A stretch of DNA of 64,000 bases from Candidatus Multivoradales bacterium (GCA_965248925.1 CBDFLE010000006.1:3808001-3872000); one strand, 5' to 3'. Shown: positions 9,608 through 19,675, counted from the stretch's first letter. The notes: generated by a model from the sequence alone, not told the origin. Numbers and translations: made by a program.

Positions 9608-11278
9608 GGGCTGCACTGTAGGCACAGACCGGGCCTGGCAGGGCAACGAATCTCAGCGCGACAATCTATCAACCCTCGGCCAATTCCGATTCCAATGACC
9701 TGAGAACCGGGATCCATTAGCCTCGCCGCCGGCTACCTCGGGCAGCGAGTGCTCAGGCGCAATACCGAGGGTATAGGGTAAGCTCGCTGGAGCTATAGAC
9801 TATGGATAGTTAAGAGGGACCAGGGATGAACAGTGAGACTGCGCGAGCAGACCAGGCGCTTGCGTCAGCAGTTGCGCCGATACTTTGACCTGCACCGTGG
9901 CCGGCAGAGTTCCGTCGACCGCGAAAGCGGCCACTCTCCAGGTTGGAATCGGACGATATTCGGGCGCGGGCTCCGCCGGCTCACCGGTTGCCAGATCATC
10001 TCCAGTGCTCAGGGCATGGGCCTCGATCTCGGTGAGCTGGTGGCCGAGACCACCGCGCCTGGCTCGGCCAAGTTGCTGCGCAGGGTCCGCGAAGGCACCC
10101 ACGGCCAGCGGGAATACACCCTCGCCAGGCGGTCCACGGTCAAGGTCGAGACCAAGACCGCAGAGACGGAGTCCGCCCCGGCCAAAGCCGAGCCTGTCGT
10201 GGTCGAAGCCAAGGCCGAGACCCAGGCCGAGGCTGAGGTCAAGAAAGTCCTGCTCAAGACGCCACCGACCGCCATCCTCAACCTCGAATCAGCCGCTAGG
10301 CAGGTGGCCTGCCGACGCCTCGAACAAAGCGAACTCTCGCCGCCGCCCGCGCCCACCGCCGAGGAAGCCTTCAGCTGTTTGCTCGATGCGCCGCTGAATC
10401 ACCGCCGGCAGGTGCTCCGTCAAGAACCCCGCTGGCGTAGCCTGGCTGGGGTCAAGCATGCTGCTTTGGCGATCGACAAGCTTCGGCTTTGCGCCCCCAA
10501 GGAAGCCAGGGCGCTGGCGCAGATCCTGGCGATCGAGATCGCCGCCAAGATCAAAGGCGCAGATTGCGCCGAGGCGTTCTGCCGGGCAGCTGGGGTGCTG
10601 GGTTCGAGCCACAGAATCGGCGCCTCCATGGAAGGCGCCGCCTTCTGCCTAGAGACAGCCCTAGTGATCGCCTGCTGGGCACCGCCAGGGGTGCGGGCGG
10701 ATCTACTGCAAAGGGCGAGCTTCGTTCTGTCGAATCACGGCGCCATCGAGGCCGCTCTGGCAGTCTCCGGCAAGGCAATGGCCATCTATGCTGAGCAGCG
10801 GGACAGTGCTGGCATGGGCAAGGTCTTCGTCGATCAAGCAACCTTCTTGGCCTATTCAGGTCAGTACGAAGAGGCGCGTGGATCGTGGCTGAATGCTCTG
10901 GCTCTGCTACCCGATACCGAGAAACATCACCGCGCAGCGGTCTATCAAGGATTGGCCCACCTCGATGAGCAAGCTGGCCGGCTCGATACCGCCATTGAGC
11001 ACTTGCGGCTAGCTCAGGAATTCATCCCTCAGCGCGCGACCTACCTTCGAGGCAAGGTGTCTTGGGCGGCGGGTGAGATAGCAAGAAAGCAAGGGCGATT
11101 CGGTGCTGCGGAGAGCCAGCTTCGGCAGGCGGTCGCAGAGCTGGGAATGATCAACCCGTTTGATCTCGGCTTGGTGACTCTCGATCTTGCTGAGTTGCTC
11201 TTGGAGACCGGCCAGGCCGCCGAGGCAGTGGAGCTGGCCAAGGACACGGAAGCCCTGCTCAAGCTGTTCAAGAGCAAC
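9500..11278 (+). repeat. Direct repeat, copy 1 (~1.78 kb; pairs with 13605-15377)
   Basis: Colinear, near-identical sequence from GTCCTCCA(A/G)GCGCCGCAACTCGG to AAGAGCAAC. Confidence 0.95.
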
Positions 11279-11305
11279 CCGAGCAGAGTAAAAACGACAG
11301 AATGA
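9826..11305 (+). pseudogene. HTH-TPR regulator copy 1, 5' frameshift and 3' truncation
   Basis: Extra G near 9841 versus copy 2 (ACTGCGCGAG vs ACTCGCGAG) uncouples ATG 9826; homology ends at FKSN and the ~45 C-terminal aa are lost. Confidence 0.75.
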
Positions 11306-11453
11306 ACTGCTGGTAAGGTGCGTGGCACCCCATTTGGTGTATGTCGGGTGCGTTTGCTGGACAAGTAGAGGGCCGGGCGAAGCGTCGAATTCGAACGACC
11401 CCACCCGGCCCATCTAGAGCGCGTTGCTCTCTCAGTCTGTAATTACGTGTGCC

Positions 11454-12084
11454 TCAGCATGGACACGCGATCTGAACCATTTGGGTGATCTCCCCTGAAG
11501 ACATCGCGCTCGGCGTGCTTGGGAATTCTCCGAGTCCGCTAGAGTGAAGCGCTTCGTGGATCAGAGGTATGGCGCGCGAATAAGGGAGCGGGAAGAACAG
11601 TCCTGAGCAAAGGTAAACCGTAAACGATCCCCGATAGGTGAAAGCCAGGGCTGTGCTGTCGCAGGCGACGTTCACGCCGTCACCTGGCTTGTACCTGGTA
11701 AGTTCGATGGTCGTAATCCCGTCACCGCTAATCCCGTTGCTTGGCCAAAGGTTGGCGCAGGATGTTTGCAGAAGCTTGAAGAAGGCGTTGGCTCGGGCTT
11801 GGTCGAGTTTTATCTGCTGGTAGTTGGTGAAACCGTTCTCGTTAAAGGGGGCTGTCATCGCCACCACCGCCACTACCACCACCGCCACTGCCGCCACCAC
11901 CGCTACACGAGTACCCCCAATCGCCGAGCGGGCAGGTCAAGGTGCCGGTGGCTGAGGAACTATCCCATTCCCACGTACAGTCGTCCAAGTCGACGTTAAG
12001 TGGCACCCACCCACAGTCACCATGCGCCGAGGTGGACATCAGGGCGACCAGAACAGAGCACAACAAGGCGGCTCGCGCGCTCAT
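11454..12084 (-). pseudogene. Secreted HExxH metallopeptidase (M35/aspzincin-like) with a Gly-Ser linker, frameshifted
   Basis: Signal peptide, Cys domain and (SGGGG)3 in one frame; VYLCSGLFF...LIHEALH in another; removing one C from the C5 run near 11847-11851 joins them. Confidence 0.7.
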
Positions 12085-13151
12085 CTTGCCACCACATTCC
12101 GGGGGTGCTCGACCAGGACCGAATGCGCGGTTCCGGCCGGGCCTGTGAGATAGAGCCAAAGACGGAAATTCCTGTCGGTGTAGTCTAGGCGGTCTGCGGT
12201 AAACGCCTGTCTATCATCGTTGTTCGAGACCATCAAGGGCAGGCTAATCGATCGCCAGATCTCCCCATGGTCGCCCAGCGGTAGCAGAGCATAGGGATAA
12301 TTGTCGAGTGGAATCACGGCCGATCCCTGTGGATACAGCTCGACATCCCATTCACCGATAAGGGGTTGGCCAAATAAGCTGCCGGGAGGGTTTGAGCCCC
12401 AGAGGCGGGCGCCTGCTCGCGGCTCCGGCGGGGCCTGATGGCTCCAAGTGCCGAGGACCTTTCCCCCGATGGTGCTGAGTCGTTTCTCTGTCCAGTGAAA
12501 AGCCTCGACGATATCGGTGGGATCGGATGGGTAGATGTATTCAAGGATCAGTTCGAGACCGATATGAATCTTGAGTGGGCGGCCTTCCACATCCCACTCA
12601 ACGCCTGCCAGCGGCCCGTTCACATCTTTTGCCCAGAGGAGCCCATGACGGTTGCGGCTCTGGTGGCGCTCGCCACCGAGTGAATCCTTGATGATCACCA
12701 CTCTTTCTTTGGAGCGCTGGGGGAACCGTACCCCGACTCTCTTGGTGACGGTGAGCTGTTGGCCGAGCGACTCAGCCTGAGTTTCAAAGATCGCTTGCTC
12801 CGGGAGCACTGTTCCGGGCTCGAACGCGTCAGTAGGAGGTAGGACGCTTCGGTACAGCCTCCAGTAGTAGGCGGATTGGGTGGTCGTCTCCCATTTGCCA
12901 TCGGCCGCTTTCGTGTCGAAAGCCGAGGCGGCGGCGCTGTGACCGCGCTGCCAGGCTTGGAGCCAGTTGAGGATCTCAGCTTGTCGTTCGTCGGGTAGGC
13001 CAGTGGTGGTCAAGAGGCGTTGGCCGTCGTCGCCAGTGTGGGAGGTCAGCCACGTCGGATCAGGGTCTGACGACAGGGCGGGGGCTGTTGGCCACAGCAG
13101 AGCGGCGACCAGCAGGACAGGGGCAATACGCATGCAAGACTCCTTTCTCAT
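12081..13151 (-). CDS. Secreted hypothetical protein
   Basis: 356 aa; signal peptide (IAPVLLVAALLWPTAPALS); ATGA overlap with the peptidase gene. Confidence 0.7.
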   Translation of the reverse strand: MRKESCMRIAPVLLVAALLWPTAPALSSDPDPTWLTSHTGDDGQRLLTTTGLPDERQAEILNWLQAWQRGHSAAASAFDTKAADGKWETTTQSAYYWRLYRSVLPPTDAFEPGTVLPEQAIFETQAESLGQQLTVTKRVGVRFPQRSKERVVIIKDSLGGERHQSRNRHGLLWAKDVNGPLAGVEWDVEGRPLKIHIGLELILEYIYPSDPTDIVEAFHWTEKRLSTIGGKVLGTWSHQAPPEPRAGARLWGSNPPGSLFGQPLIGEWDVELYPQGSAVIPLDNYPYALLPLGDHGEIWRSISLPLMVSNNDDRQAFTADRLDYTDRNFRLWLYLTGPAGTAHSVLVEHPRNVVAR

Positions 13152-13202
13152 CCTCTCTCTAGTTGTTCTGAATTCAACACATTCACTCCAATCTACAAGA
13201 AG

Positions 13203-13462
13203 GTAAGCGTCCCAGCAACCCCACCTTCCCCTCGCGCTTCTGAGCAGCCAAGATCAGCCGTAGGAGGTGACCTATGGTTGAAAGCACGAATCGGTCGCGC
13301 TCTCGCCGGAGCAGGGCGTCTTGGCAAAGAACGATTGAACCGTGGAAGAGCAGCGGCCTGTCCCAGGTGAAATTCTGCGAGCAGAACGACCTGGCGTTGG
13401 CGATTTGCGGGTGGTGGTACAGACCTCTGAAACGTGACGCTGTGGCCAAGACCGCACCCTAG
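13203..13462 (+). mobile_element. IS66-family remnant (left end + tnpA)
   Basis: GTAAGCGTCC end typical of IS66; RBS AGGAGG; ORF 13274-13462 W..SGLSQVKFC...W resembles IS66 TnpA; no tnpB/tnpC. Confidence 0.75.
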
Positions 13463-13604
13463 CCGTCTGACGCGAACGAGCTTCTGCCTCTGGTACCAGC
13501 GGCTGGAGAGAGGGCGCTTCCGCCTGCCTGAGACAAATGAACCGAGCGTCGAGATGGAGGCTGCGGAGTCGGGAGAGCCGGGTGCCATACGCTTCTGCCG
13601 AGTC

Positions 13605-13712
13605 GTCCTCCAGGCGCCGCAACTCGGCGCCGGTCTCCAGCATCATCGCCCGCGCCTGGGATTCGATTTGCTCTGGCGAAGCAACTTTCGGCTCTGGTTG
13701 TGGGTCGCTCAT
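13605..13712 (-). pseudogene. Truncated copy of the 9194-9607 gene
   Basis: MSDPQPEPKVASPEQIESQARAMMLETGAELRRLED, then unrelated sequence toward the IS66 remnant. Confidence 0.75.
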
Positions 13713-15377
13713 GGGCTGCACTGTAGGCACGGTCCGGGACTGGCAGGGCAGCGAATCTCAGCGCGACCATCTATCACTCCTCGGCCAATTCCGATTCCAA
13801 TGACCTGAGAACCGGGATCTATCAACCTCGCCGCCAGCCGCCTCGGGCAGCGAGTGCCCAGGAGCAATGCCGAGGGTATGGGATAAGCTCACTGGAGCTA
13901 TAGACTATGAATAGTTCAAGAGGGGCCAGGGATGAACAGTGAGACTCGCGAGCAGACCAGGCGCTTGCGTCAGCAGTTGCGCCGATACTTTGACCTGCAC
14001 CGTGGCCGGCAGAGTTCCGTCGACCGCGAGAGCGGCCACTCTCCAGGTTGGAATCGGACAATATTCAGGCGCGGGACGCGCAGACTCACCGGCTACCAGA
14101 TCATCTCCAGTGCTCAGGGCATGGGCCTAGATCTCGGTCAGCTGGTAGCCGAGACCACCGCGCCTGGCCCGGCCGAGTTGCTGCGCAGGGTCCGCGAGGG
14201 CACCCACGGCCAGCGGGAATACACCCTGACCAGGCGGTCCACGGTCAAGGCCAAGACCGCAGAGACGGAGTCCGCCCAGGCCAAAGCCGACCCCGTCGTG
14301 GTCGAAGCCAAGGCCGAGACCCAGGCCGAGGCTGAGGTCAAGAAAGTCCTGCTCAAGACTCCACCGACTGCCATCCTCAACCTCGAATCCGCCGCTAGGC
14401 AGGTGTCCTGCCGACGCCTCGAGCAAAGCGAACCCTCGCCGCCGCCCGCGCCCACCGCCGAGGAAGCCCTCAGCTGTTTGCTCGATGCGCCGCTCAATCA
14501 CCGCCGGCAGGTGCTCCGTCAAGAACCGCGCTGGCGTAGCCTGGCGGGAGTTAGGCATGCTGCTCTGGCGATCGACAAGCTACGGCTTCGCGCCCCCAAG
14601 GAAGCCAGGGTGCTGGCGCAGATCCTGGCGGTCGAGATCGCCGCCAAGATCAAAGGCTCAGACTGTGCCGAGGCGTTCTGCCGGGCAGCTGGGGTGCTGG
14701 GTTCGAGCCACAGAATCGGCGCCTCGATGGAAGGCGCCGCCTTCTGCCTGGAGACCGCCCTGGTGATCGCCTGCTGGGCACCCCCAGGGGTGCGAGCGGA
14801 TCTACTGCAGAGGGCGAGCTTCGTTCTGTCGGGTCACGGCGCCATCGAAGCCGCCCTGGCAGTCTCCACCAAGGCCATGGCCATTTACGCCGAGCAGCGG
14901 GACAATGCTGGCATGGGCAAGGTCTTCGTGGACCAAGCAACTTTCTTGAACTACACCGGCCAGCCGGAGAAAGCGCGGCGCTCATCGCTATACGCCCTGG
15001 CGCTGCTACCCGACACTGAGCAGCACCAGCGTGCAGCGATCTATCAGGGTTTGGCCCATCTTGATGAACAGGCTGAGCGGCTCGACAGTGCAGCGGAGCA
15101 TTTGCAGCTAGCCCAGGCGTTCATTCCTCGGCGGGCAACGTATCTGCGAGGAATGGTGTGTTGGTCGGCGGGTGAGATCGCCAGAAAGCAAGGGCAGCTC
15201 AGTCTGGCAGAGCGCCATCTGCGGCAGGCGGTGGAGAAGCTAGCCAAGATCAACCCCTTCGACCTAGCGCTGGCAACTCTTGATCTTGCTGAGTTGCTCT
15301 TGGAGACCGGCCAGGCCGCCGAGGCGGTGGAGCTGGCCAAGGATACGGAAGCCCTGCTCAAGCTGTTTAAGAGCAAC
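13605..15377 (+). repeat. Direct repeat, copy 2 (pairs with 9500-11278)
   Basis: See copy 1. Confidence 0.95.
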
Positions 15378-15515
15378 GAGATCGCTCACGCTGCGGTAAG
15401 GCAGCTCGCCAGCGTGGCCCGGCGCGGAGAGTTCGATCTGGCGGTTGTCAAGGTGGCCAGGGAGGTGATCAAGGGCGAGCGGCATCGCGGTATCCGCCCG
15501 CCCAATTGGCGCTAG
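13932..15515 (+). CDS. HTH-TPR protein (Xre-like HTH, linker, TPR domain), intact copy
   Basis: N-terminal QSSVDRESGHSPGWNRTIFRRG HTH-like segment; Ala/Leu-rich TPR repeats from about residue 240; RBS-like AGAGGGG. Confidence 0.75.
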   Translation: MNSETREQTRRLRQQLRRYFDLHRGRQSSVDRESGHSPGWNRTIFRRGTRRLTGYQIISSAQGMGLDLGQLVAETTAPGPAELLRRVREGTHGQREYTLTRRSTVKAKTAETESAQAKADPVVVEAKAETQAEAEVKKVLLKTPPTAILNLESAARQVSCRRLEQSEPSPPPAPTAEEALSCLLDAPLNHRRQVLRQEPRWRSLAGVRHAALAIDKLRLRAPKEARVLAQILAVEIAAKIKGSDCAEAFCRAAGVLGSSHRIGASMEGAAFCLETALVIACWAPPGVRADLLQRASFVLSGHGAIEAALAVSTKAMAIYAEQRDNAGMGKVFVDQATFLNYTGQPEKARRSSLYALALLPDTEQHQRAAIYQGLAHLDEQAERLDSAAEHLQLAQAFIPRRATYLRGMVCWSAGEIARKQGQLSLAERHLRQAVEKLAKINPFDLALATLDLAELLLETGQAAEAVELAKDTEALLKLFKSNEIAHAAVRQLASVARRGEFDLAVVKVAREVIKGERHRGIRPPNWR

Positions 15516-15619
15516 GCTGGGCTACCGTTTGGTTCGATCATTGGACCGAACCCGGCCTGGTCGCCTTGGTGCCCGATGATCGGGCCAACTCGCCCGCGCC
15601 TTCTTTTCTGCTTGCTCAT
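15512..15619 (-). CDS. Unannotated 35-aa peptide MSKQKRRRGRVGPIIGHQGDQAGFGPMIEPNGSPA
   Basis: GGGGAG RBS 7 nt before the ATG; internal repeat GPIIGHQG/GPMIEPNG; stop overlaps the TPR gene stop in CTAG. Confidence 0.6.
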   Translation of the reverse strand: MSKQKRRRGRVGPIIGHQGDQAGFGPMIEPNGSPA

Positions 15620-15643
15620 TTGAAACTCCCCGACACGCCGCCG

Positions 15644-15673
15644 CCTTGGCCGAGCTGAATTGCTCGGGCAAGG
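15644..15673. promoter_or_regulatory. Inverted repeat upstream of the peptide gene (operator or hairpin)
   Basis: CCTTG-G-CCGAGC-tgaatt-GCTCGG-G-CAAGG. Confidence 0.4.
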
Positions 15674-16255
15674 AGAGCGTGTCCGTTGGGAGTCTAGCTA
15701 TCGACCGGCAACGGCTGCGCTGGCAGTTTTCGAAGCGGTGGGCAGACGGGAGTGGCGATCCGAGTTAGTGCCCGAGCTGGTGCCGGTCACTTCTGCCGGC
15801 GATAGGTCTCTCGGCCGAGGTACGGAGCTAGATCTGCTTCTGGGTACTTCGACGAAGTACGTTCAAGGACTCGGGGGGCAGCAAGGAGCCAGAAAGAAGA
15901 GACTTAGAACGGCCACGACGGTGAAGAGAAGAGTGGCGATGAAGAAGGACGATGAGAAGCTTGGGTGACTCCGAGAGTGTCTTGGAGCTTGGACTCCGTG
16001 TGCCAGATGGGAGCGCCCTCTTTGGGTCTCTAGACGCAAAGATCACAGTATACCGGCCTCTGATCAGGCCTCAAAGAGTGTGAATAGAAGCTCGTCCGAT
16101 CAGACCCAGTCACCAGCGAGAAATCATCGACCAGAATCCACCATTCTGCTTGACTTGAACCGTCCGACTCATAGAAGACATTGCGAATCAAGAATCTTGG
16201 TCTTTGTTCAGTAGATCGAAGATCGTATCTCGGATCCGGACAACCAGTGCCACAT

Positions 16256-18415
16256 CTACTGTGTTGGATGCAGGAGTTGGGTCCGAAAAAGTGCAACCGA
16301 GCGAATTAGTGTGGCGGTAGTGTTGTCGCTGACCTCCACCCGCAAGCTGTAGTCGCCGGTCGGTAAGGTGCCGAGTTCTAGCTCGAGATGAAACTTGTCG
16401 ATCCCGTCAATGGCTGTCGCCGTTCGTTCAATCAATTCCAGACGCGGCTGGTCGACGATTTTGCCGGAGCTGTCGAGCACCTGCCCGGTGAAAATCAGTG
16501 GGCCCGCGGCGAGTTCGTAACCGATCAGGTAGAGGGCCGTCGGGCCCGAATTCAATCGCGGCCGGGCCGCCGGTACGAAGAGCTTTCCGGCGAAAGTGAA
16601 GGGGTAGACCACCTGGTCGGTGCCAGTACCCGCGGCGTTTTCGCGCACCAACATCCAACTATCCAAGGGCTCGGGGAAGAGGGGCGGCAAGATTCTCACT
16701 GTACCGTCGGTGAAATCAGGCACCACGAGGCTTAGGCTGCGGGCGCCGGCGCGGCCGGTTTCGGCATTGCGCACCAAGGTTCGCAGCAAGTAGTTGCCCG
16801 CTCCCAACTCGAGGTGGCCATAGAATTTGAGACCTTTGCCGAGATGCTCGCGGGCGTTCTCGAGCGCGATTTTCACCACCTGGCTGAACAGATCGCGCAG
16901 GGTGCCATCGGAGTCGGTGACGTAGACATAGATTTCAATCGCCAGAAGCTCACCACCGTGGTCTCGCAGCAGGTCTTCCCCGTCGGCTTCGATAATTACC
17001 GGCACATAGGCAATATTCGAGCCGGTTCTGAAGGGTGTTGCTAGCAAGTCGAGGGTGATTTCCCGGCGCGGCTCGGCGCTGGCGATGACCTCGGCGGCGA
17101 GCAAGCTTTTTTCCAGAGGATGCAACTCGGCGAAGGGCTGGGGCCCGTAGTAGCCGGCGCGATGCGAGATGCGACCCTTGTGGCCTGCCACTTTGACTTG
17201 CAGCCGGTGGTAACTACCGTCCTTGGGCAGGTCGTCAGCGCGGAAGGTCAACAGGTAGGTCAGCCGCGAGCGGTTGAGTGCCCGTTCGAGCTGCGGGCCG
17301 AGTTGGTTGGTGTCTTCGAAAAGCTCGCCACCGGTGCCGTGGGCAATGTAGAAAAGAGCGTCTTGACCGGTTCTGTCGATGCGCGTGGCGGCGGCCGAAC
17401 CCGCTTTCAGACCGCCGATGTCGATCGCTTGCAGCACGCAGTCGGCACGGCGTAGCTGTTCGAGCATGCTCTCGATGTCGTTCTTCAGTGTGCCGTTGCC
17501 GTAGATGTCGTCGTTGTCCACCAACCCGTGCAGGCCGCGATGGGTGAGTTCTTTGTCCAGTTCTACTTGTGGATCTTGGGCGTCGGCTTCGCGGCCGAGA
17601 AGCAAGCGACCGTCAAAACCTTCTGAGAAGTAGAGAATATGTTTGCGCCCCTCGACGCTTGCGAGAATCCGCGCCATCTTGCCGAGGGCGCTGGCCCAGC
17701 CCGAGATACGAGCGCGCTCGAATGCCTTGTCACTCTGCCGTAGTTGTTTGCTGATGAGCAACGAATCGGTAAATTCTTCGCTGCTGCTCAGCGTCGAATC
17801 TCCGCGGTTCCCGGCCATCAGCGGGGTGATGTTAGACGGTTCTTCGATCAGGAAGTGTAGGGGATCGCGGGCCCGCGCTAGCTGCCTGGGTGCACCCAGG
17901 TTATCGATGGCGCGAACCAGTTGGACGCGGTCGAGGCTGAAGGTCACCAACAACTCGAGGCCTCGCTTACGGCTGTAGACGGCCACCGCCGCCAGGTCGG
18001 TGGGATGTAGCGAGGACAGGGCGAGTTCTCTTGCCGCCTGCCGCGCTCGAGCTATCGCTTGTGGGCTTGAGAAAGCGAGATCGAAGAGCAGCAGGAAATG
18101 GCGCCTACTGGCAGCCGGCAAACGCCGCGCGGCACGGCGGGCGGCAAACGGGTCGGCAGGGTCGAGGGTGGCGAGATCGATGACTTCAACGCTTTCTATC
18201 GGTCTCGGGAGGCCGTCGTCGAGGAGCTCGAAGTGCTCGATTCCAAGCCCGCCGATCGGCTGGCCGCGCTGGTCGACTACATTCACCGGCACCTCGACGG
18301 AAATCACCTCAGTCTTGCCCGCAAAAGTCTGCTCTGCTTGCTTAGCCGCCACCGTCTGGACGCTGGCCAGACTTGCCAGAAAGGCCAACAGGGCAACAGC
18401 GTGCGGGCTTGTCAC
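16256..18415 (-). CDS. VWA domain-containing secreted protein (Acidobacteria-type)
   Basis: Signal peptide; VEVPVNVVDQRGQPIGGL..FELLDDG; LLLFDL; GRKHILYFSEGF; TGGELF; YLLTF...GSYHRLQVKV...HRAGYY. Confidence 0.88.
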   Translation of the reverse strand: MTSPHAVALLAFLASLASVQTVAAKQAEQTFAGKTEVISVEVPVNVVDQRGQPIGGLGIEHFELLDDGLPRPIESVEVIDLATLDPADPFAARRAARRLPAASRRHFLLLFDLAFSSPQAIARARQAARELALSSLHPTDLAAVAVYSRKRGLELLVTFSLDRVQLVRAIDNLGAPRQLARARDPLHFLIEEPSNITPLMAGNRGDSTLSSSEEFTDSLLISKQLRQSDKAFERARISGWASALGKMARILASVEGRKHILYFSEGFDGRLLLGREADAQDPQVELDKELTHRGLHGLVDNDDIYGNGTLKNDIESMLEQLRRADCVLQAIDIGGLKAGSAAATRIDRTGQDALFYIAHGTGGELFEDTNQLGPQLERALNRSRLTYLLTFRADDLPKDGSYHRLQVKVAGHKGRISHRAGYYGPQPFAELHPLEKSLLAAEVIASAEPRREITLDLLATPFRTGSNIAYVPVIIEADGEDLLRDHGGELLAIEIYVYVTDSDGTLRDLFSQVVKIALENAREHLGKGLKFYGHLELGAGNYLLRTLVRNAETGRAGARSLSLVVPDFTDGTVRILPPLFPEPLDSWMLVRENAAGTGTDQVVYPFTFAGKLFVPAARPRLNSGPTALYLIGYELAAGPLIFTGQVLDSSGKIVDQPRLELIERTATAIDGIDKFHLELELGTLPTGDYSLRVEVSDNTTATLIRSVALFRTQLLHPTQ

Positions 18416-19569
18416 TCGCCGCCCTTTCGCTTGCCGCGGTGTTTGGCCAGCAGCTCAGCCCAGTGTTGCGCTGCTTCGTGGGACGGGTCGAGGCGTAGCG
18501 CGCGGCGCAGATGGTGGCCGGCGGAATGCAGCTCACCGAGGGCCAGGTAAACCTTCGCCAAACCGACGTGGACAGCGGGAATCTCACTCGAACGCCTCAG
18601 TGCTTGGCGCATCAAGCCGAGAGCATTACCGAGGTCGCTGGCAGCCAGTGCACGCTCACCTTGATAGATGAAGAAGAACGGGCTGGCTTGTTGCAGTGTC
18701 TCGATCGTGGCGAGTAGCTCGTCGGCTTCGGTGGTGCGTCCCTGCAGCTGGTAAGTCAGGGCCAGATTGCTCAACAGAGCCGCATCGTCAGGTTCTTCGC
18801 CCAGCCCTTTCTGGAAGACCTCGCCGGCCTCGCGATAGCGCTGCTGCCGGGTCAGGGCCAGGCCCAGGTTGCTGAGCCCGCGGACGAAACCAGGAGCTAG
18901 TTCTACGGCGGTGCGCAGGTGCTGCTCGGCTAGGGTGGCGTCGCCGGCTAGCAGAGCTTCAGCGCCCAGATTGTTGTAGTGATGGACGGTGGCGGTGAGG
19001 TCGTCGATGGGCTGGAACTTGTGGTAGGAACGGGGCCGGCCAGGAAGAAAGTCCGACAGCTCTAAGTGGCCATCGAGATAGTGCCCGGCGACGATGTGGC
19101 CTTGGCTCAGAACCATTCCTTGGTGGTAGCTCCAGCTATGTCGGTCGGTGACCTCGACATAGAAAGAGTTAATCCGCTGATGCCGGGTCAGGGCGACGAA
19201 AAGGTGGGCAAAAGAAAGACAGTTGCCCTGCGCCGTGCTCAGCACATCGAGGGCGTTGCGGGTCGGCCCCAGAGCGTAGACAAGGCCCAGACGGCGGAAG
19301 ATGAAGTCCTCGGTGGCGCGTACCCTATCCGCCGCGCTGCCTCTGAGGCCGATGTGGTCCTCGACCTCCGCCAGCTTCTCCGCCGGTAGCTCGAAGGGCA
19401 GCTCAAGCCGCGCCGCCGGCTCGGCGCCCAGGCGCTCGCTCAGCTCGCTGCGCAGGTGCTCTATAGAGTCGAAGGGCTCGGTTTGAGTGCAGGCCAAGGC
19501 CAGCAAGATCGAGATCGCCAGCGCCGTGGTGGTTGGGAATCGATGGGGAGTCGGGTGCTTGCTGTTCAT
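18412..19569 (-). CDS. Transglutaminase-like + TPR lipoprotein
   Basis: Lipobox-like LLALAC; GNCLSF, GHI and SDF candidate Cys-His-Asp triad; C-terminal TPRs. Confidence 0.8.
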   Translation of the reverse strand: MNSKHPTPHRFPTTTALAISILLALACTQTEPFDSIEHLRSELSERLGAEPAARLELPFELPAEKLAEVEDHIGLRGSAADRVRATEDFIFRRLGLVYALGPTRNALDVLSTAQGNCLSFAHLFVALTRHQRINSFYVEVTDRHSWSYHQGMVLSQGHIVAGHYLDGHLELSDFLPGRPRSYHKFQPIDDLTATVHHYNNLGAEALLAGDATLAEQHLRTAVELAPGFVRGLSNLGLALTRQQRYREAGEVFQKGLGEEPDDAALLSNLALTYQLQGRTTEADELLATIETLQQASPFFFIYQGERALAASDLGNALGLMRQALRRSSEIPAVHVGLAKVYLALGELHSAGHHLRRALRLDPSHEAAQHWAELLAKHRGKRKGGE

Positions 19570-19675
19570 CGCCGGGTTGCTCCGGGTCAGCGTAGCATGG
19601 CGAAACCTACCCTCTGGGCGCCGGCTGGCAAGAGGACAGCCGGGTAGCCGTCAGAAGTTGTAGACTGCCGCGGCG

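Noticed and set aside
9500-15377. Diversity-generating retroelement (TR/VR pair) explaining the TPR variation
   Set aside because: Differences are not adenine-specific, the repeat is 1.8 kb, and there is no reverse transcriptase in the window.
15660-16255. ORFs 15660-15968 and 16030-16296
   Set aside because: No recognisable motifs or clear RBS; probably fragments at the island boundary.
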